A stretch of 64,000 nucleotides of DNA from the human T2T-CHM13v2.0 reference genome, Homo sapiens. Position numbers and translations under genes: made by a program. This document shows positions 38,035 through 54,150 of this stretch, piece after piece; the stretch's first letter is position 1, and each line of letters begins with the position of its first letter. The notes under the pieces were generated by a model. It was not told the DNA's origin. It did not search any database and saw only the letters and a program-made list of their open reading frames with translations. The stretch lies in NCBI RefSeq assembly GCF_009914755.1, contig NC_060929.1; one strand, written 5' to 3'.

Positions 38035-41000
38035 TTTGGCATAGTTGGCAGGATGAGGTGAGTGGGTATTCAGCACCTGAGGCTCCTGGGTTGGCTATGT
38101 GGCTGCAGAACGGACTGTGGTACTCAGTGGCAGTAGTGCTGTTAAGATGGGCCCCAGTGGAAGCATGGGAGGCAATGGTCTGATCTCCCTCAAGGGTGGA
38201 GAAAGCACCGAAGCACCTGGAAGCATACAGCACCGAGAAGGAATGCGTCTTTGCCTCCAGAGTTGGATGGGTGTTTCTAACTGCAGTTCAGGAAGTACAT
38301 GTTCAGTACTGCACAGGTAAGGGACCTCCAGGTGCAAGCTGTGCTCCTGGGGGCCCAAATGCACAGCTTAGAGCAAAACCTGGGGGTAAGGGAACACCAG
38401 CCACAAACAGGACACTTAGAGGCCCAGATAAACAGCCTGGAACAGGAGTTAGAGACTGTCATCAGTGTGATCTTGAGCCCATCCTCCCAGCCAGAAACTC
38501 CTGTTCAGTCTGATGATGAGGAGGAGGAGGTTCCTCCACTGTGGGCTCACCCTGTGATCCTTCAGAAGGTAGAGCAAAAAAGCCATTGGGCCCGAAGGGT
38601 GGGCCCAGGGACCCCCTCCCATAGTAGAGCACACTTCATATAGTGCCTACACTCCCACTGAGTCATGGGAGTTAGGCAAGCAGTGTAGGCAGTGTCTAGG
38701 GGAGCCCCTCCCCACCTGAATGCTTTGTCTCTGGGACAAAGTTGTGGATGCATTTTCTGCTCAGCCTCCAAGATGGAAAAGCTGGCTTTAATGACAGTGT
38801 AGACTGATGCCTGTGAAGTACCAGAAACTGTCAGTAGATGACAGTTGTGTACAGACTTGGTGCAAGTGATTCGGGAGAAGGATAATGCTGAGTGACCCAG
38901 TCCCTCCCAGGCACTTCAGTTCAAAGACACTTGCTGCAGCCAGGCAGGTGTGTAAAGATTTTACTGTCTAATTAGGGAACTGGCTGAAGTGCCTGGCACA
39001 GGGGGACACCAGACAACCAAAGGCCACATGTGACTTGGCAATCCACTGATCCCTGATCCCAGATAAGTTTCTAGGAAAGGATACATAGGCAGTTCTGAAG
39101 ACCGGTCAGTGAAAGTAAAACCTGTATCTTTGCACTTTGACATCGGCTGCTTAGCTCTCCACTTATGCACTGTGTATGTCTCTCCCATACCTGAATACAT
39201 TCTGGGGGTGGATGTTTTACACAGCTTGGCAGCTGTGTTGTCTGTCATGGATTTGACGGACTGCTTGACAAAGGAATGGGGACAGTACCACTATATATCG
39301 GACTTGGCTAATGCATTCTTCTCAATCGACATCACTCCGGGAAGCCAGGAACAGTTTGCCTTAATGGGAGGGCAACAATGGATTTTCATAGTGTTGCCAC
39401 AGGGCTATGTGCATAGCCCCATCATATGTCATAGTCTTGTTGATATTACATTAACCTCTAATTCTCTTGCAGATTTAGAAGCAGCAACACCCCTCTTGCC
39501 TGGGATTAGGATGATGCAGCTAAGACCACCTTCCTGGCAGCCAAGCAGGCTATTCAGCAGGCACAAGCCCTATGGGTGATTAATCAGAGGCACCCATTTA
39601 AACTTAATGTACATGTGACCACCGATAGTTTTGACTAGGGCCTATAGTGGTGCATAGAGTGCTTTAGAATGCCAGTAGGCTTTTGGTTCCAACCTTGGAA
39701 GGGAGCTGAGCTCTGGTATTCATTATTAAAAAGCAGTTAGCTGCTGTATATGCTGTCCTTCAGGTCTGTGAGAGAATGATGGGACAGGCTATAGTAGTCA
39801 TACGGACAACTTACCCAGTAGAGGGGTGGGTACACTCATGGGTAACAACTCCCTGCACTGGGATGGCACAGATATCCACTTTAGCAAAGTGGGGTGCCTA
39901 CTTGGAACAGCAAAGTATACTGAGTACAAGTCCCTTAGCAACAGAGGTACAAGAGGTCTTGGGGCTTGTAGTCCTAATGCAAGATAAGGCCATGGGGCCT
40001 GAGGCACCCCTAGACCCTGAGCCCTCACCATTTAAAAAAGGGTGCCCCCCAATTCTTGGTGGGGAATGGTATATGGATGGGGCCAGCTGGGGTGCTACTA
40101 CTGCCTGGACTGCTATCATCGTCTAGCCTAGTACTGACGCTATATGGTTTGATACCAGGTGTGGATAAAGTGGCTAATGAGCTGAACTCAGGGCAATGTA
40201 AATGGTGATCGCCAAGAAGGTGATACCTATAGTAATCTTCACCAATAGCTAGGCAGTTTATTGAGGCTTAACCTTTTGGTTAACTATCTGAAAGTTACAG
40301 AATTGATGAATGAGTCACTGGCCCATATAAGGCCAAGCCATATGGCAAGACCTATGGAAGGAAACATGTCCGTCTCCGACCAGGTATGGGGATGAATGAT
40401 AATCTGTTGTTGCCTGCCCCAACTCCCCTGAAGGCAAGAGAACAGAAAGCCTGGTGTTGGCCATGGACCCTCCAAGCCCCTCACTGCAGGTGATTGGCTA
40501 TCATAGCCCCCTGGGGGGAGGGCCTGCAGTATTACTTACATGTTACTCCTTGGGTATTTAATGTGTGACCTCCATGATGGGCCATTCCTAAGGGAACGGC
40601 CAGGGAAGGGACCCTCCTCCAGGGAACATATGTATTGTCTGTGTGGCCTATCATGAGCTCCCCTGTGACTCTGGCACAGGTACAGGACCCAAAAGAACCA
40701 TGGGGAGCTGATAAGGTGTGGTACCATCGCCCAGGGCAGAAGCCCTTAGCAGCTGCATTGTTATCCAGAGACAAAAAGTTGGCCTGTATTTTGCCTGAGG
40801 AACGTAATTTATCCCTGTTAGTACTCGTGCCCGCTTTGGCGTTTCGGCCATAGTTTGGCATGCTCCTACAGCACCATGGACTAGGCCCACACCTATGCTG
40901 AGCTGACCAATGTCTCCAACTGCTGGATGTGCACCCTCCTTCCAGCAGCAGCTGTGGATGGCTTGCCCTGGGGTTCTGTGAAGAATTGGATGTGGCTAGA

Positions 41001-41210
41001 GACTTGGGGTCCCATGGACAATGCTTGGGGTGCAACATGCAAGCTTTGGATAAGAGGGTTGCAAAACCTACGGCATGCCTGCCCCCTGGCTGGCCCATAG
41101 TGTCCGGGATGGATGGGGCTGGCTAATGGGAGAACAAATGTACCATGATGTATAGAGCAACACTGGGGTAGTGTCACTGTGGGATGGTTGCCTGATGTGG
41201 CCTGTACAAA
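38035..41210 (+). mobile_element. HERV-S/HERVL18 internal region, multiply deleted, lacking the 3' LTR
   Basis: Protease (VYVSPIPEYILGVDVL), RT (DLANAFFSI...LPQGYVHSP), RNase H (WYMDGAS) and env (NVSNCWMC at 40909-40932) remnants occur in order within about 3.2 kb. Confidence 0.88.
38037..38054 (+). promoter_or_regulatory. Retroviral primer-binding site for tRNA-Ser
   Basis: tggcatagttggcaggat versus TGGCGTAGTCGGCAGGAT (complement of the tRNA-Ser 3' end): two CpG-decay mismatches. A GAG|GTGAGT splice-donor match follows at 38055-38063. Confidence 0.88.
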
Positions 41211-41941
41211 CACTTAGAAAGCAATTTTGACTAATTGCTGGAGTCTTAGAGTGAGTTAATTTAAGAGTGAAGAATGCCTGGGGTCCCCATTTTAGGGGGC
41301 TCTCCATACCTACAAGAGCCCCACTAAGATGTCACAGTCAAGATGTAAGAAAAACCCCCTCTGGTTTCAGACAATACCGGGAATAGAAACCATTTTGAAA
41401 CATGCCCAGAGTGTTCTTCACAGCAAAAGCCAACCCTTTAAGGGAAACTACTTTAGCGGAGCCTTATGTGACCAAGGAAGGGGCTATGAAAACAGTCTCA
41501 GCTCCCTCTAAACTTCCACTTCCATAGGAGAGGGGAAGGTCACATCTCCATGATCCAGAGCCACTAAAGAAAAAAAAAATCTAAAATCAAGAAAACAAAC
41601 TCTCATCTCATGAAACTACACAATGAAGAGCAATATAAGAGTAAAGCAAGTAGGAAAAAAATGTTAAAAATAACAGCATGTATCAATATAATTAAAAACA
41701 GATAAACAATTGAGAAAAATCAACAAAACCTAAAGCTGGTTCTTTGAACATATCAATAAAAGTTGTAAATCTAAGCCAGGATAACAAAAAACACAGAAAA
41801 AGAGAAAGAGGTGTGAAAACATTATTGACTAATTCCAGAAATGAAAGGGGTCATCATTATGAATCCCAAGGAAATGAAAGGGATAATAAAGGAATATTAT
41901 GAGAGTCCTGTGGCTGCAAATTTAATAATTTGATAAGTTAG

Positions 41942-42263
<322 letters not shown>

Positions 42264-42307
42264 AAGGACCAATTTCTTAAAAACACAAACTACAAAAAGT
42301 CCTGTAA

Positions 42308-43667
<1,360 letters not shown>

Positions 43668-44846
43668 CCATAATTTCTACTGGCCTAAAAGTATCAATGA
43701 AATTGAATCAATGATTCATAACTTTCCAAAACAGGAAGCACCAGGCCCAGATGGCTTCTGGTTAATTCTATAAAACGTTCAAGAATAAAAGCCATAAATT
43801 CACTACAATCACACTAAGAAAATAGAAGCAAAGGGAATACTTCATAAAATGCTCTATGAAACTAGCATTATCTTAAAACAAAATGAGAATTAAGACATAA
43901 AAAGAAAGAAAATCAGCAAACCAACATCCCTCATGAACATACATGTGAAAGTCTTTAATAGAATATTAGCAAATGAAATCCAACAAGGTATATAAAGACC
44001 AAGTGGGATTTCTTCCTGGTATGCAATTTATGATTTAAAATCAACTATATTAATTCAACGCAGCAATAGTCTAAAGAAGAAAAATCAGATAATCATATAA
44101 ACAGATGCAGAAAATAATTGATAAAATTTGGTACACATTTATAATAAAACCCTCACCAAACTAACAATGAAAGGGAACTTCATCATAATTACACCTACCA
44201 AAAAAAACTCTACAGATTACATCATACTAATGTTGAAAAACTAGATGATTTCTCACTAACATCAGGAATAAGGCAAGGATGTTTGCTGTTATCATTCCTA
44301 TTCAACATTATCTTAGAAGACCTAGAAAATCCGATAAGAAAAGAAAAAATAAATGCTACACATACAGATTCAGAAGAACAAAATAAAAATGGGTTTTTCC
44401 CCCAGGATGGCATACCAGTCGGTATATGTAGAAAACGCCAAGAAATCAACAACAAAACATTGAAACTAAAAGCAATTACAGCAAGATCACAGGATAAAAG
44501 GCCAATGTAAAAATGTCCATTTGTTTCCTTTATACCAGAAATAAAAATTTGACATTTGAAATTAAAACATGAAACAATTTTACACTAGCAACAAAATGAA
44601 ATACGTAGGTAGAAATCTAAGCCAACCTGTACAGGACTTATACACAGAAAATTACAAAATTCTGATGAAAGTTATCATATAAAATATCTAAATAAATTGA
44701 GAGATATTCTATGTTTATGCCTTGGAAGACAATATTGTTCACATGTCAGTTCTTCTAAAACTGATCAATAGATTTAATGCAATCTCTAAAATCCTAGCAA
44801 GTTATCTTGTAAATATTAAAAAAACTGATTCAAAAGTTTATATGGA

Positions 44847-45162
44847 GGCCAGGCGTGGTGGCTCACATGCCTGTAATCCCAGAACCTTGGGAGGCCGAGG
44901 TAGGCGGATTGCTTGAGCCCATGCGTTCAAGACCAGCCTGAGCAATCTAGTGAAACCTCCTCCCTACTAAAAATAGAAAAATTATCTGGGCATTGTGGTA
45001 CACACCTGTGGTCCCAGCTACTCCAGAGGCCGAGGCAGGAGAATTTCTTGAACCTGGAGGTGGAGGTTGCAGTGAGCCAAGATCGTACCACTACACTCAG
45101 CACTCCAGCCTGGGTGACAGAGTGAGACTCTTTCTCAAAACAAACAAACAAACAAACAAACA
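44847..45162 (+). mobile_element. Alu (Jb/Sz-like) with (AAAC)n tail
   Basis: Full dimer with J-like left arm (gattgcttgagccca) and S-like right arm; TSD core aaaagtttata. Confidence 0.92.
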
Positions 45163-45191
45163 AAAAGTTTATAAGAATAGCTAATCAATAC

Positions 45192-45858
45192 CCAGAGGAA
45201 CTTTGGAAACTATGCACATACAAGGACATTAAACAAAATGCTCCTGAAAAACCTTTGTGTAATTAAGAAATTAAGACAGAAATTTTAAACAACTTTGAAA
45301 CAAATGAATATGGAAACATGACATAACAAAAACCTCTGGGATAAGACAAAAACAGTGCTAAAAAGGAAGTTTTATAGCATTAAATGTGTACATCAAAAAA
45401 TAGATCACAAATTAACAACCTAACATTGCTCTTCAAGCAACCTGAAAAATAAGAACAAATGAAACTCTAAGCTGGCAAAAGAAACCACAACAACCATAAG
45501 AACAGAAATAAATGAAATAAACACCAAAAAACAATACATAGGATTAGCAAATTGAAAGACTGGTTCTCAAAAGGATAAACAAAATTGATAAACCATTAGC
45601 TAGACTAACTTGAGAAGAAGAGAGAAGTTACAAATAATCAAAATCAGAAATGAAAATAAAAACATTACAACTGATACCACAGAAATCAGAGTCTATAATG
45701 AACAACTATATGCTCACAAAGTAGAAAACCTAGAGGAAATACAGAAATTCCTGGAAACACAGAACCTCCCAAGGTTGAACCAGAAACAATTAAAGATCAT
45801 TAACAGACCAATAACGAGTAGTGATATTGAATCAGTAATAATAATAATTCCAAAAAAC
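45192..45858 (+). mobile_element. Internal L1 (PB/MA-like) ORF2 fragment without poly(A) or TSD
   Basis: ggaactttggaaactat...aacctctgggata...gaaaacctagaggaaat...ttgaatcagtaata comes from the post-endonuclease part of ORF2 and is out of order with the host L1. Confidence 0.8.
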
Positions 45859-48351
45859 TCCAAGAAATCAACGACAAAACACTGGAGCTAAAAGCAATTA
45901 CAGGAAGGTCACAGGATAAAAAGCCAACATACAAATGCCCATTTCTTTCCTTTATACCAGCAATGCTACATTAATTAAGACAGTGAAAGAATAGGCAAAT
46001 CAATTGAACAGAATAGAGTTCACCAAATTCTAGTAAAATACAGTCACCTGAGCTTTAACAAAAGAGCAAAATAATTCACTGGTGACAACATTCCTTTTTC
46101 AACAAGTAGTGCTGAAACAACTGGACATTCATATGCAAAACACCACCTACAAAAACTCAAAAGGAACCATAAACCTCCATGAAAAACGCAAAAATACAAA
46201 ATATCTAGGAGATAACATGAAAGAAAACCTAAATAACCTTGGTTTTGGCATTTGGTTTTAGATGCAATGTCAAAAGCACAAGCTGTAGAAAAAAATGATG
46301 TACTTTATAAATATTAAAAACTTCTCTGCAAAAACACTATTAGGAAAACAAAAAATATTTTATGAATTAAAATATTTGCAAAACATATATCTGATGAGGG
46401 ACATATATCCAAAATATGCAAAGAACTCTTACACAATGATTAAACCAATGAACAACAACAGTTAATCAACGCTTAAATCTATGATTAGGAAAAACTCAAT
46501 TTAAAAATGGAAAAAAAACCTGAATAGACACCCACCAAAAAACATAGATTGTAAATATACATATGAAAAGGTATTTAACATCATATATCATTAGGGAATT
46601 GTAAATTAAAACAAAAATTGATACTACTACACTCTTATTTGATTGGTAATACATATTTTAAAAATACTGAAAAAACCAAATGCTGACGTGAATGTGGAGC
46701 AACAGGAACTCTCTTTGAGTTCTGGTGTGTAAGAAGGCTTTATAGGGTAGTGAAACTATTCTGTACAATACTGTAATGGTAGATACATCATGCCATGCAT
46801 TTGTCAAAATCCATAGTGGTACAGCACAAATGTGAACTTTACTGTAATCTGTTGACTTTAGTTAAAAATAATGTGTCCCTCTTGTTTCATTAATTGTAGC
46901 AAATATACTATAGTAATGCAAGATGTTAGTAATAGGCAAACTGTATGCAGGAGATGATATATGGGAACTCTCTCTGTATTGCCTGCTCAAATTTTCTGTA
47001 GATCCAAAACTGCTTCGATTTAGTTAGGAACAGTATTATAATTAGAAAAATAAGTAATTTTCTGGACCCCTTTACATTTATCTTTTACGGTAAACAATGT
47101 TTCCACTAATTAATTATTTCACAGTATCACTGCCAGAATTTTGGTAGCAGAAAGTTTTCTCCCGTTTTAATGTACTTGTGAATGCTTTACATTTAGATTT
47201 TTAAAGCATCTTACAAGTGACTGCAATTGTGGGATGCTCGACTTTCTCTATTGCCTGTTCTTCCATTTTTTAATCTAGTAATGTGAAATCTTAGCCTTGT
47301 CTGCAACAGGATCAGTTTTGCTCAGTGGATTACACTAATGCAATTCTGGCTCCTACTTATTAGGACAAATCAAAGAAAATGAGCCTAAGTACAAATTCCA
47401 AAATATGTGATTGGCCTGATTTGTGACAACGTGTACCCAGCTTAAGCTCACTAAGCTTTATAAGGACCCTATCTACAAACGGCAGTTGTTCAATCAATTA
47501 GGTGCAGCTGCAGCACCTGACCAGATTTCTAAACAAGGCTTCGTCTTTTAGCAAAGCAGGCAGACTCCTTGGTGTTTCAGGGACTTGTCTTTGGAAGTGA
47601 ATGTGGCAGCAGCATTGAGGTAGTGAATTTAACTGAGAAACTGAGGCCAAGCTGGGGAAAATGGAAACAGAAAAATCCTCTGAAGACAAAGCAGCTAGAA
47701 CCATACCATGTTTGGGATTAAAAGAGAATTGAGATACTAGAATTCTTTGGACGTGTTTTATTGGTTTGTTTCCTTGTAATTATTGGTGGCTGTAAGAAAA
47801 TTGATCTTAATTAAAAAATTTTTACGAAAGTCAAGTATTATTACACCACAAAATGTGGAAAGCTAAGTTTTGCTATAAAGTGCAAAAACAAGAATCCATT
47901 AACAAATGAACATAAACTGAATGCAGATGGGCAGTTACCAATTCTCTGTTTCAGGAAAAACCTCTCCTAAAGCACATTAGATATGAGGGTACTCAAGGAT
48001 AACAAGCTATAAACATGTAGACATTATTTATATTTCAATACAAGTACAACCTTAAAACTCTTAACAACATATTAATGCCATTTATTTTTGTTTGGAAAAA
48101 AATCACATCTGAGAATCCTTTAAACAAAAAGTATGCCCCCAGGTACAGCTGTCATTTTCTTCATTTTATACAATGAAAGGAAAGCAGAAGCTTATTTATC
48201 AACCAAAATGGTAATAATGGCAAATGGATAACTGTGATGAACTTCTCATTCCAGGAGTGAATTATCTAAAAAATGATTTCTAATCAGACTGCCTTCAGAG
48301 ACCATAAGTGAGCATCATGATAGACTCTAGAGAGATGAACATTTTAAAAAG

Positions 48352-49083
<732 letters not shown>

Positions 49084-49084
49084 T

Positions 49085-49180
49085 CTCCAGCGATTTCAGA
49101 GGCTAAGGTGAAAGGATAGCTTGATGTCTGGAGTTGAGACTAGTGGGGGCAACAGAGGGAGACTCTGTCACTACAAAAAA
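49085..49180 (+). mobile_element. Diverged Alu monomer fragment (FLAM/AluJ-like)
   Basis: gaggctaaggtgaaaggatagcttga...ggagttgagactag...ggcaacagagggagactctgtcactacaaaaaa. Confidence 0.7.
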
Positions 49181-49744
49181 TAGGCAGACTAACAATTCCA
49201 GTCAATGCAACATAAATAACCTCTGAATAACACATGGATTCATAAAGCTTACATGTGTAGAATCTTTCCTGAGGTGAAAAGGAAAAGACAAAAAAAATAA
49301 GCATGTACTAAAAACTCTAAAAAATGTAATGCAGATTAAAACAGAATGAACTCAGAAGTTTTAAAAATATGCCTGTACAACTAGACTTGAAATCTGTTTT
49401 TCAAATTCTAAGATTAAATCAGAGCTTTCAGATTAATATCACCAATAAAAATGGATTATCATCAAAAGAAAATACAAAAATAACTGGAATTTTAATTGAT
49501 ATGATTAAGAAGGATTATATAATCTCTAGAGGGACATGAAAGGCAATCATAAAATCCAAGAAAAACTTAAAAACAAAAAGCTTAGATAAAGCAATGATGG
49601 TGAGAAACTTTTAGAATATTTGGAAAAAGATCTAATCTAACTTCGAACCTTAGAATTCTCTCCCCATTGCACAGAGGTATGGTTGCTTAGGACTGAATTT
49701 CTTTCCTATTTATTGCTTTAGGAAATAAAATGCTGCCTGAAAAT

Positions 49745-49885
49745 AGCATAGTATTTTAGGTTGCTAGCTCTGTATTTAAATGGCCTGGACTTTTATTTCA
49801 AATCTGATATTTATTAAAAATGTGGCTTTGGCAGCTTCCTTAAATATTCAGTGGCTGTCTCCTTGTGGTTAAATGAGGATTAATC
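49745..49885 (+). mobile_element. MIR fragment
   Basis: ggcctggac...tcaaatctgatatttattaaaaatgtggctttggcagcttccttaa...taaatgaggattaat. Confidence 0.5.
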
Positions 49886-50126
49886 CAAGTTATCTAGAAA
49901 ATAGAAATGGAAACAAAGTGAAAATGATAAGGGAATTAGGAAAATGAAATCTTAGATCGACTATGGTGAGGGAATAGGACAAATGAGGCATGAAAGGAAT
50001 AAATACAAGAGTTGGCAAGATGAAAGTGGATCACAGCTTCTGAGAAAAACACAGCTAGTATTTTGGCTATGTGTGGGGTTGCCAATTAAAACACAAGACA
50101 CTAAGTTCTTTTTGAATTAGATAAAT

Positions 50127-50530
50127 GTCCAGTAAAAATAAATCTAGACTTAGTAAAGGAGATGGGTTTTTTTCCTTAAAAAGATGATTGCAATAGGGAA
50201 AATGCTCTAAACTCTGAAATCTGCAAGCATAGCAAGATCAATAAGAATTTTTTTTTCTTTATTTTAGTTGGGACAGGTTATCAGGGATAACAAAAAACTT
50301 TTAAGAGTAAATCTACGGAGATTGAGCAGACAGCATGGTTGCCATTGTATGATAGGAAATGTATGTCAATGTGGCCAGCCAATCTCTGGGATGAGCTGGT
50401 AAGCGGGGTACATTCTGCCTTTTAAGGCTTGCTCAGGCTTGTGGGCAAGCCAAAGTTCATGCGGCCCATGAGGCCCATGAGGAGGAAAAGGCTGACTCAA
50501 GCTTGGCTAAGACAGGGCAGAAGGTGAGAA
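50127..50530 (-). mobile_element. Probable ERV1 (MER4-group, MER90/MER67-like) LTR
   Basis: gattgcaatagggaaaatgctctaaactctgaaatctgcaagcat resembles antisense MER4-group LTRs. A short MER53-like piece precedes it (about 50076-50125). Confidence 0.45.
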
Positions 50531-50664
50531 CTGGTTCATTGAAATCACTTGATTATAAACAATAAATACTGTGTGGACTTTGGTTGTTTTGGTTTGATTT
50601 TTGTGTGTGTGTAAGTTGTCCTATCCAATGTTTGGAATTTATTTACTTTAAAAAAATCATGTAG

Positions 50665-52660
50665 TACTTCTGGTTTGTGGCCCAGCATGCAAGGAGCTTC
50701 AAAGTCTTCACTTCATTCTAGCAACTGGTATAAAGCTGAAAGGCTGAAGAATCAACAATTCTTCCTAGCTCCATCAGTGAAATGAAGATGCAGGGCAAAT
50801 GAGGGCACAGGGCAAGGTGATGCCCCCAAATTGGAGAGACAGACCACTGCATTGAGAGGATTATTACTTACCTGAGCAGAAATACCCATGGGAACCAGGG
50901 TTGGGTTAGGAAAATCAGAGCAGAAATTGAATTGTTGGCAGCTTACTGTGGACAAGACTCAGAGAGTTAAAACCCCCAGGAGAGCCTAGCTGAAACGGGC
51001 CTTACACTTTTGGTTTCACTTGCAGCAACTCTACCAGTTTCCCAAGGTAAATATCAAAGAAAAATTGTTATGTCTTCATCGGGGAAAAACCAAAGGCAAT
51101 CATTGTTAAATAAGCCAGGACCCTTTATTATTCTTTAGTTTAGCAATTCTTTATTTTTAATTTTTGTGGGTACATAGTAGGTGTATATGTATATATACAC
51201 ATAATATATCTATTTATATCATATATTTATATCTCTCTCTATGTAGAGACACGCAATTCATACACACAGTTTATTATTGTTGAAAAGGCCTTCTCTAAAA
51301 AGAAACTACCAGAGGCTAACCTATTGTGGTTTTATCAGAACCTAATTGATCTGGGGGAAAGGAAATACTCAGCTTAAGCCCACGCTAGGCATCTTGCCCT
51401 ATCTAAGGGTTGGGGTGAGAGTGGGGGAGGTTGAGAATCACTTGTAATGTTCATAGCCCAGGAGCATAGGCTCATAAAATACTTAGATCTAGTCATAAGA
51501 CTGTAGTAGACTACTTGTTCCCACACATTTTACCAACACATTGCTAAAGACCTATTTACCAGAGTTCCTTTTACCCAGTATAGCATTGCCCTCTTTCAAC
51601 AAAATATTACAAGTCATACTAAAAGGCAAAAAAAAGCACAGATTGGAAAGGCTGAGCAAGCATCAGAACCACACTCAGACATGGCAGGTATGTTGGAATT
51701 ATCAGTCCATAAATTTAAAACAACTATAATTAATGTGCAAAAAAACAGTTATGGAAACAGTAGACAACAAGCAAGAATGTATGGGAATTGTAAGAAGACA
51801 GGTGGGAATTCTAAGAAAGAAAATAAAATGCTGGAGGCAAAAAAAAAATCACTGTAATAGAAATGAAGAATGGCTTTGGTAGGGCTCAGTTTTAGACTGG
51901 ATATGAGTGAGGAAGGAATCTCGGAGCTTTGAGATATGTTAATAGAGACTTTAAAACTAAAAAGCAAAAGCAAAAAAAAAATGAGAAAGAAACAGATACA
52001 ACAAAATATCCAAAAGCTATGTGACAATTAAAAAAAGTGTAACATATATTTTAGTGAAATACTAGAATAAGAAAAAAGAGGAAACTGAGGCAATATTAGA
52101 AGCAATAATTACTGAGAATTTTCCCAAATCAATTTCAGACACCAATCCACAACTTCATGAAAATCAAAGAACACCAGGCAGAATAAGGGCCAAAAATTAT
52201 ACTTAAGCATGTCATATTCAAATTGGAAAAAGCTTAAAAGATAAGGAAAATTTTAAAGAAGCCACAAGGGGGAAAAATACCTTAACCTATAGATGAGCAA
52301 AGATAAAAATTACATCTGAATTTTCCAAAGAAGCCACACAAACAAGAAGAGAGTGGAGTAAAATATTTCAATTTTTGAGAGAAAAATACTCACCAACTTA
52401 AAATTCTGTATTCTGTGAAATTATCCTTTAAAAAATGAGGAAAGCATTTCTCAGACAAATAAAAACAGAATTAGTCACCAGCAGACCTGCCTTGAAATAA
52501 ATTTACAGGAGTCTCTTAAGAGAAAGAAAATGATATACATCAGAAATTCAGATCCACATAAAGAAATAAAGAGCACCAGAGAATAAATAAGTTTTCTTTT
52601 TCTTAATTGATCTGACAGATAACAGCTACTTGGAAACACTAATAGCAAAATGTATCCAAG
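50665..52660 (+). mobile_element. Old L1 (L1MCa/L1M4-like) 5' UTR and ORF1 remnant
   Basis: acttctggttt...gctgaagaatcaacaattcttcctag 5' end; ORF1-like actgagaattttcccaaatc and aaaattctgtattctgtgaaattatccttt. Confidence 0.75.
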
Positions 52661-53634
52661 TGTGTATGTGTGGGTTTGTGTCTCCCCTTCTCATTCATGA
52701 ATATCATTGATATGTTTCAAATCACCATAAATGTACCTACTAAGTATAGTCAAAAGTCCAAAAGTTCTTTTAACCATTTTCACATGTTATAGCAACAGAC
52801 AAGTAAAACCTTTTCCATCCTATTTTTATAGCCTATGACTTTAAGAAGCTGATAAATAACCTGTGACAAATCTACAGAATCTTTAATAAAAACTACATTA
52901 ATAGCTAAGTTGCTATCACGGTGACTCTTCTCCTTCTAGGACTTGAGATCTAGAGAGCTAATTTGAGAATGATTATTTTTATGAAAGTAGAAGATGAAGA
53001 TATAATTTGGACATTTTTCTATTGTACTGATGTGACTTTGAGATTTCTAGTAAAATGTCCTCCTCAAAGGGGAAGAATAATTTTAACTGTGGATATTTAA
53101 TCAAAGCTCTCCTACAATAACGTTTCCTTAATATTACAGTCACATTTGCATTCAACATTTATTTAATATTTCTTGGTAGAAAATAGATACATGAGATGTG
53201 TGCAAATCTGCTATTTTTTAAAACTGTTTATATTGGTTTTGTTTTGTTTTGTTTTGTCTTTTACTTTTCTTTTTCTTAACTTGGCAAAAGGATAATTATC
53301 CATATGAATTCATTTTGTCAGGCACTTGTCCTGTTCATTGATCCAGAAGAAAAGTGTGTCATTTTTATATTTATGTTCTATCAAAGATTTCTTTGTGAAA
53401 CTCAATCCTAAGAATATTTACTTGTGGTATAACTCTGGTTATCTTATTCTATGTGATGTAGTGCTTATATTTTAATTGTGTGGTCCCACTTGCACTATGA
53501 AAGCAGAAAGCGGAGAAAAGTGTTGCTTTCACCCTAAAAATGAAAACAAATATTCAGGTAATGTAAATAATTATTACTTTCTTTCAATCATCAAGAGCTA
53601 GTTTCAAATTTCTTAAAATCTAAGAAAAAAAGGG

Positions 53635-54150
53635 CCTTGCAACGAGAAATAGTCTCTGGCTCAACTCCTGGAGACCACAAGAAGAAGTGATGACTAGACT
53701 TATACAAATAGATAAGATCTTAGCAAGAACCTTCAAGAACCTGTTGAAAGTTGAGTGTGAGCAAATGTGAAGCAACTTACCATGGAACTCAGCCTGCATA
53801 AAGACCATTATTGGAGTCTATCTATAGAAATGAACTCCATTGGCCCCAACTTGTTCCAGGACATGGGCAGCCACAGATATCCTTTGCCTGCAGTAACAGC
53901 AATCCTTCCTATTTCAAAATACCCTGAAACTACCCACATGCTTCATTATAGACCACCAAAGTCTCACTAGCTTTATAAAACCCTATGTTAATGGAATGTT
54001 TGCCAACAGACTGTCTCAGTGTATTCTCCTTTTTCTCTATAAAACTTACACTCCTGTCTAATATCTTTGAACATTTGCTGAAATGAATGATAGAGCAGAT
54101 GGTTTCTCTTGATGCAAGTTGAGTAAAAGGCCTTTGTTGCTTCAGTTTTG
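53635..54150 (+). mobile_element. Unclassified LTR-like segment
   Basis: LTR-like layout (ctataaaa TATA-like, agtaaa poly(A)-like, T-rich U5-like end). Family not recognised. Confidence 0.3.

Noticed and set aside
40532-41213. Overlapping minus-strand ORFs of 106-188 aa
   Set aside because: Antisense to GC-rich HERV-S sequence, where stop codons are scarce; no recognisable domain.
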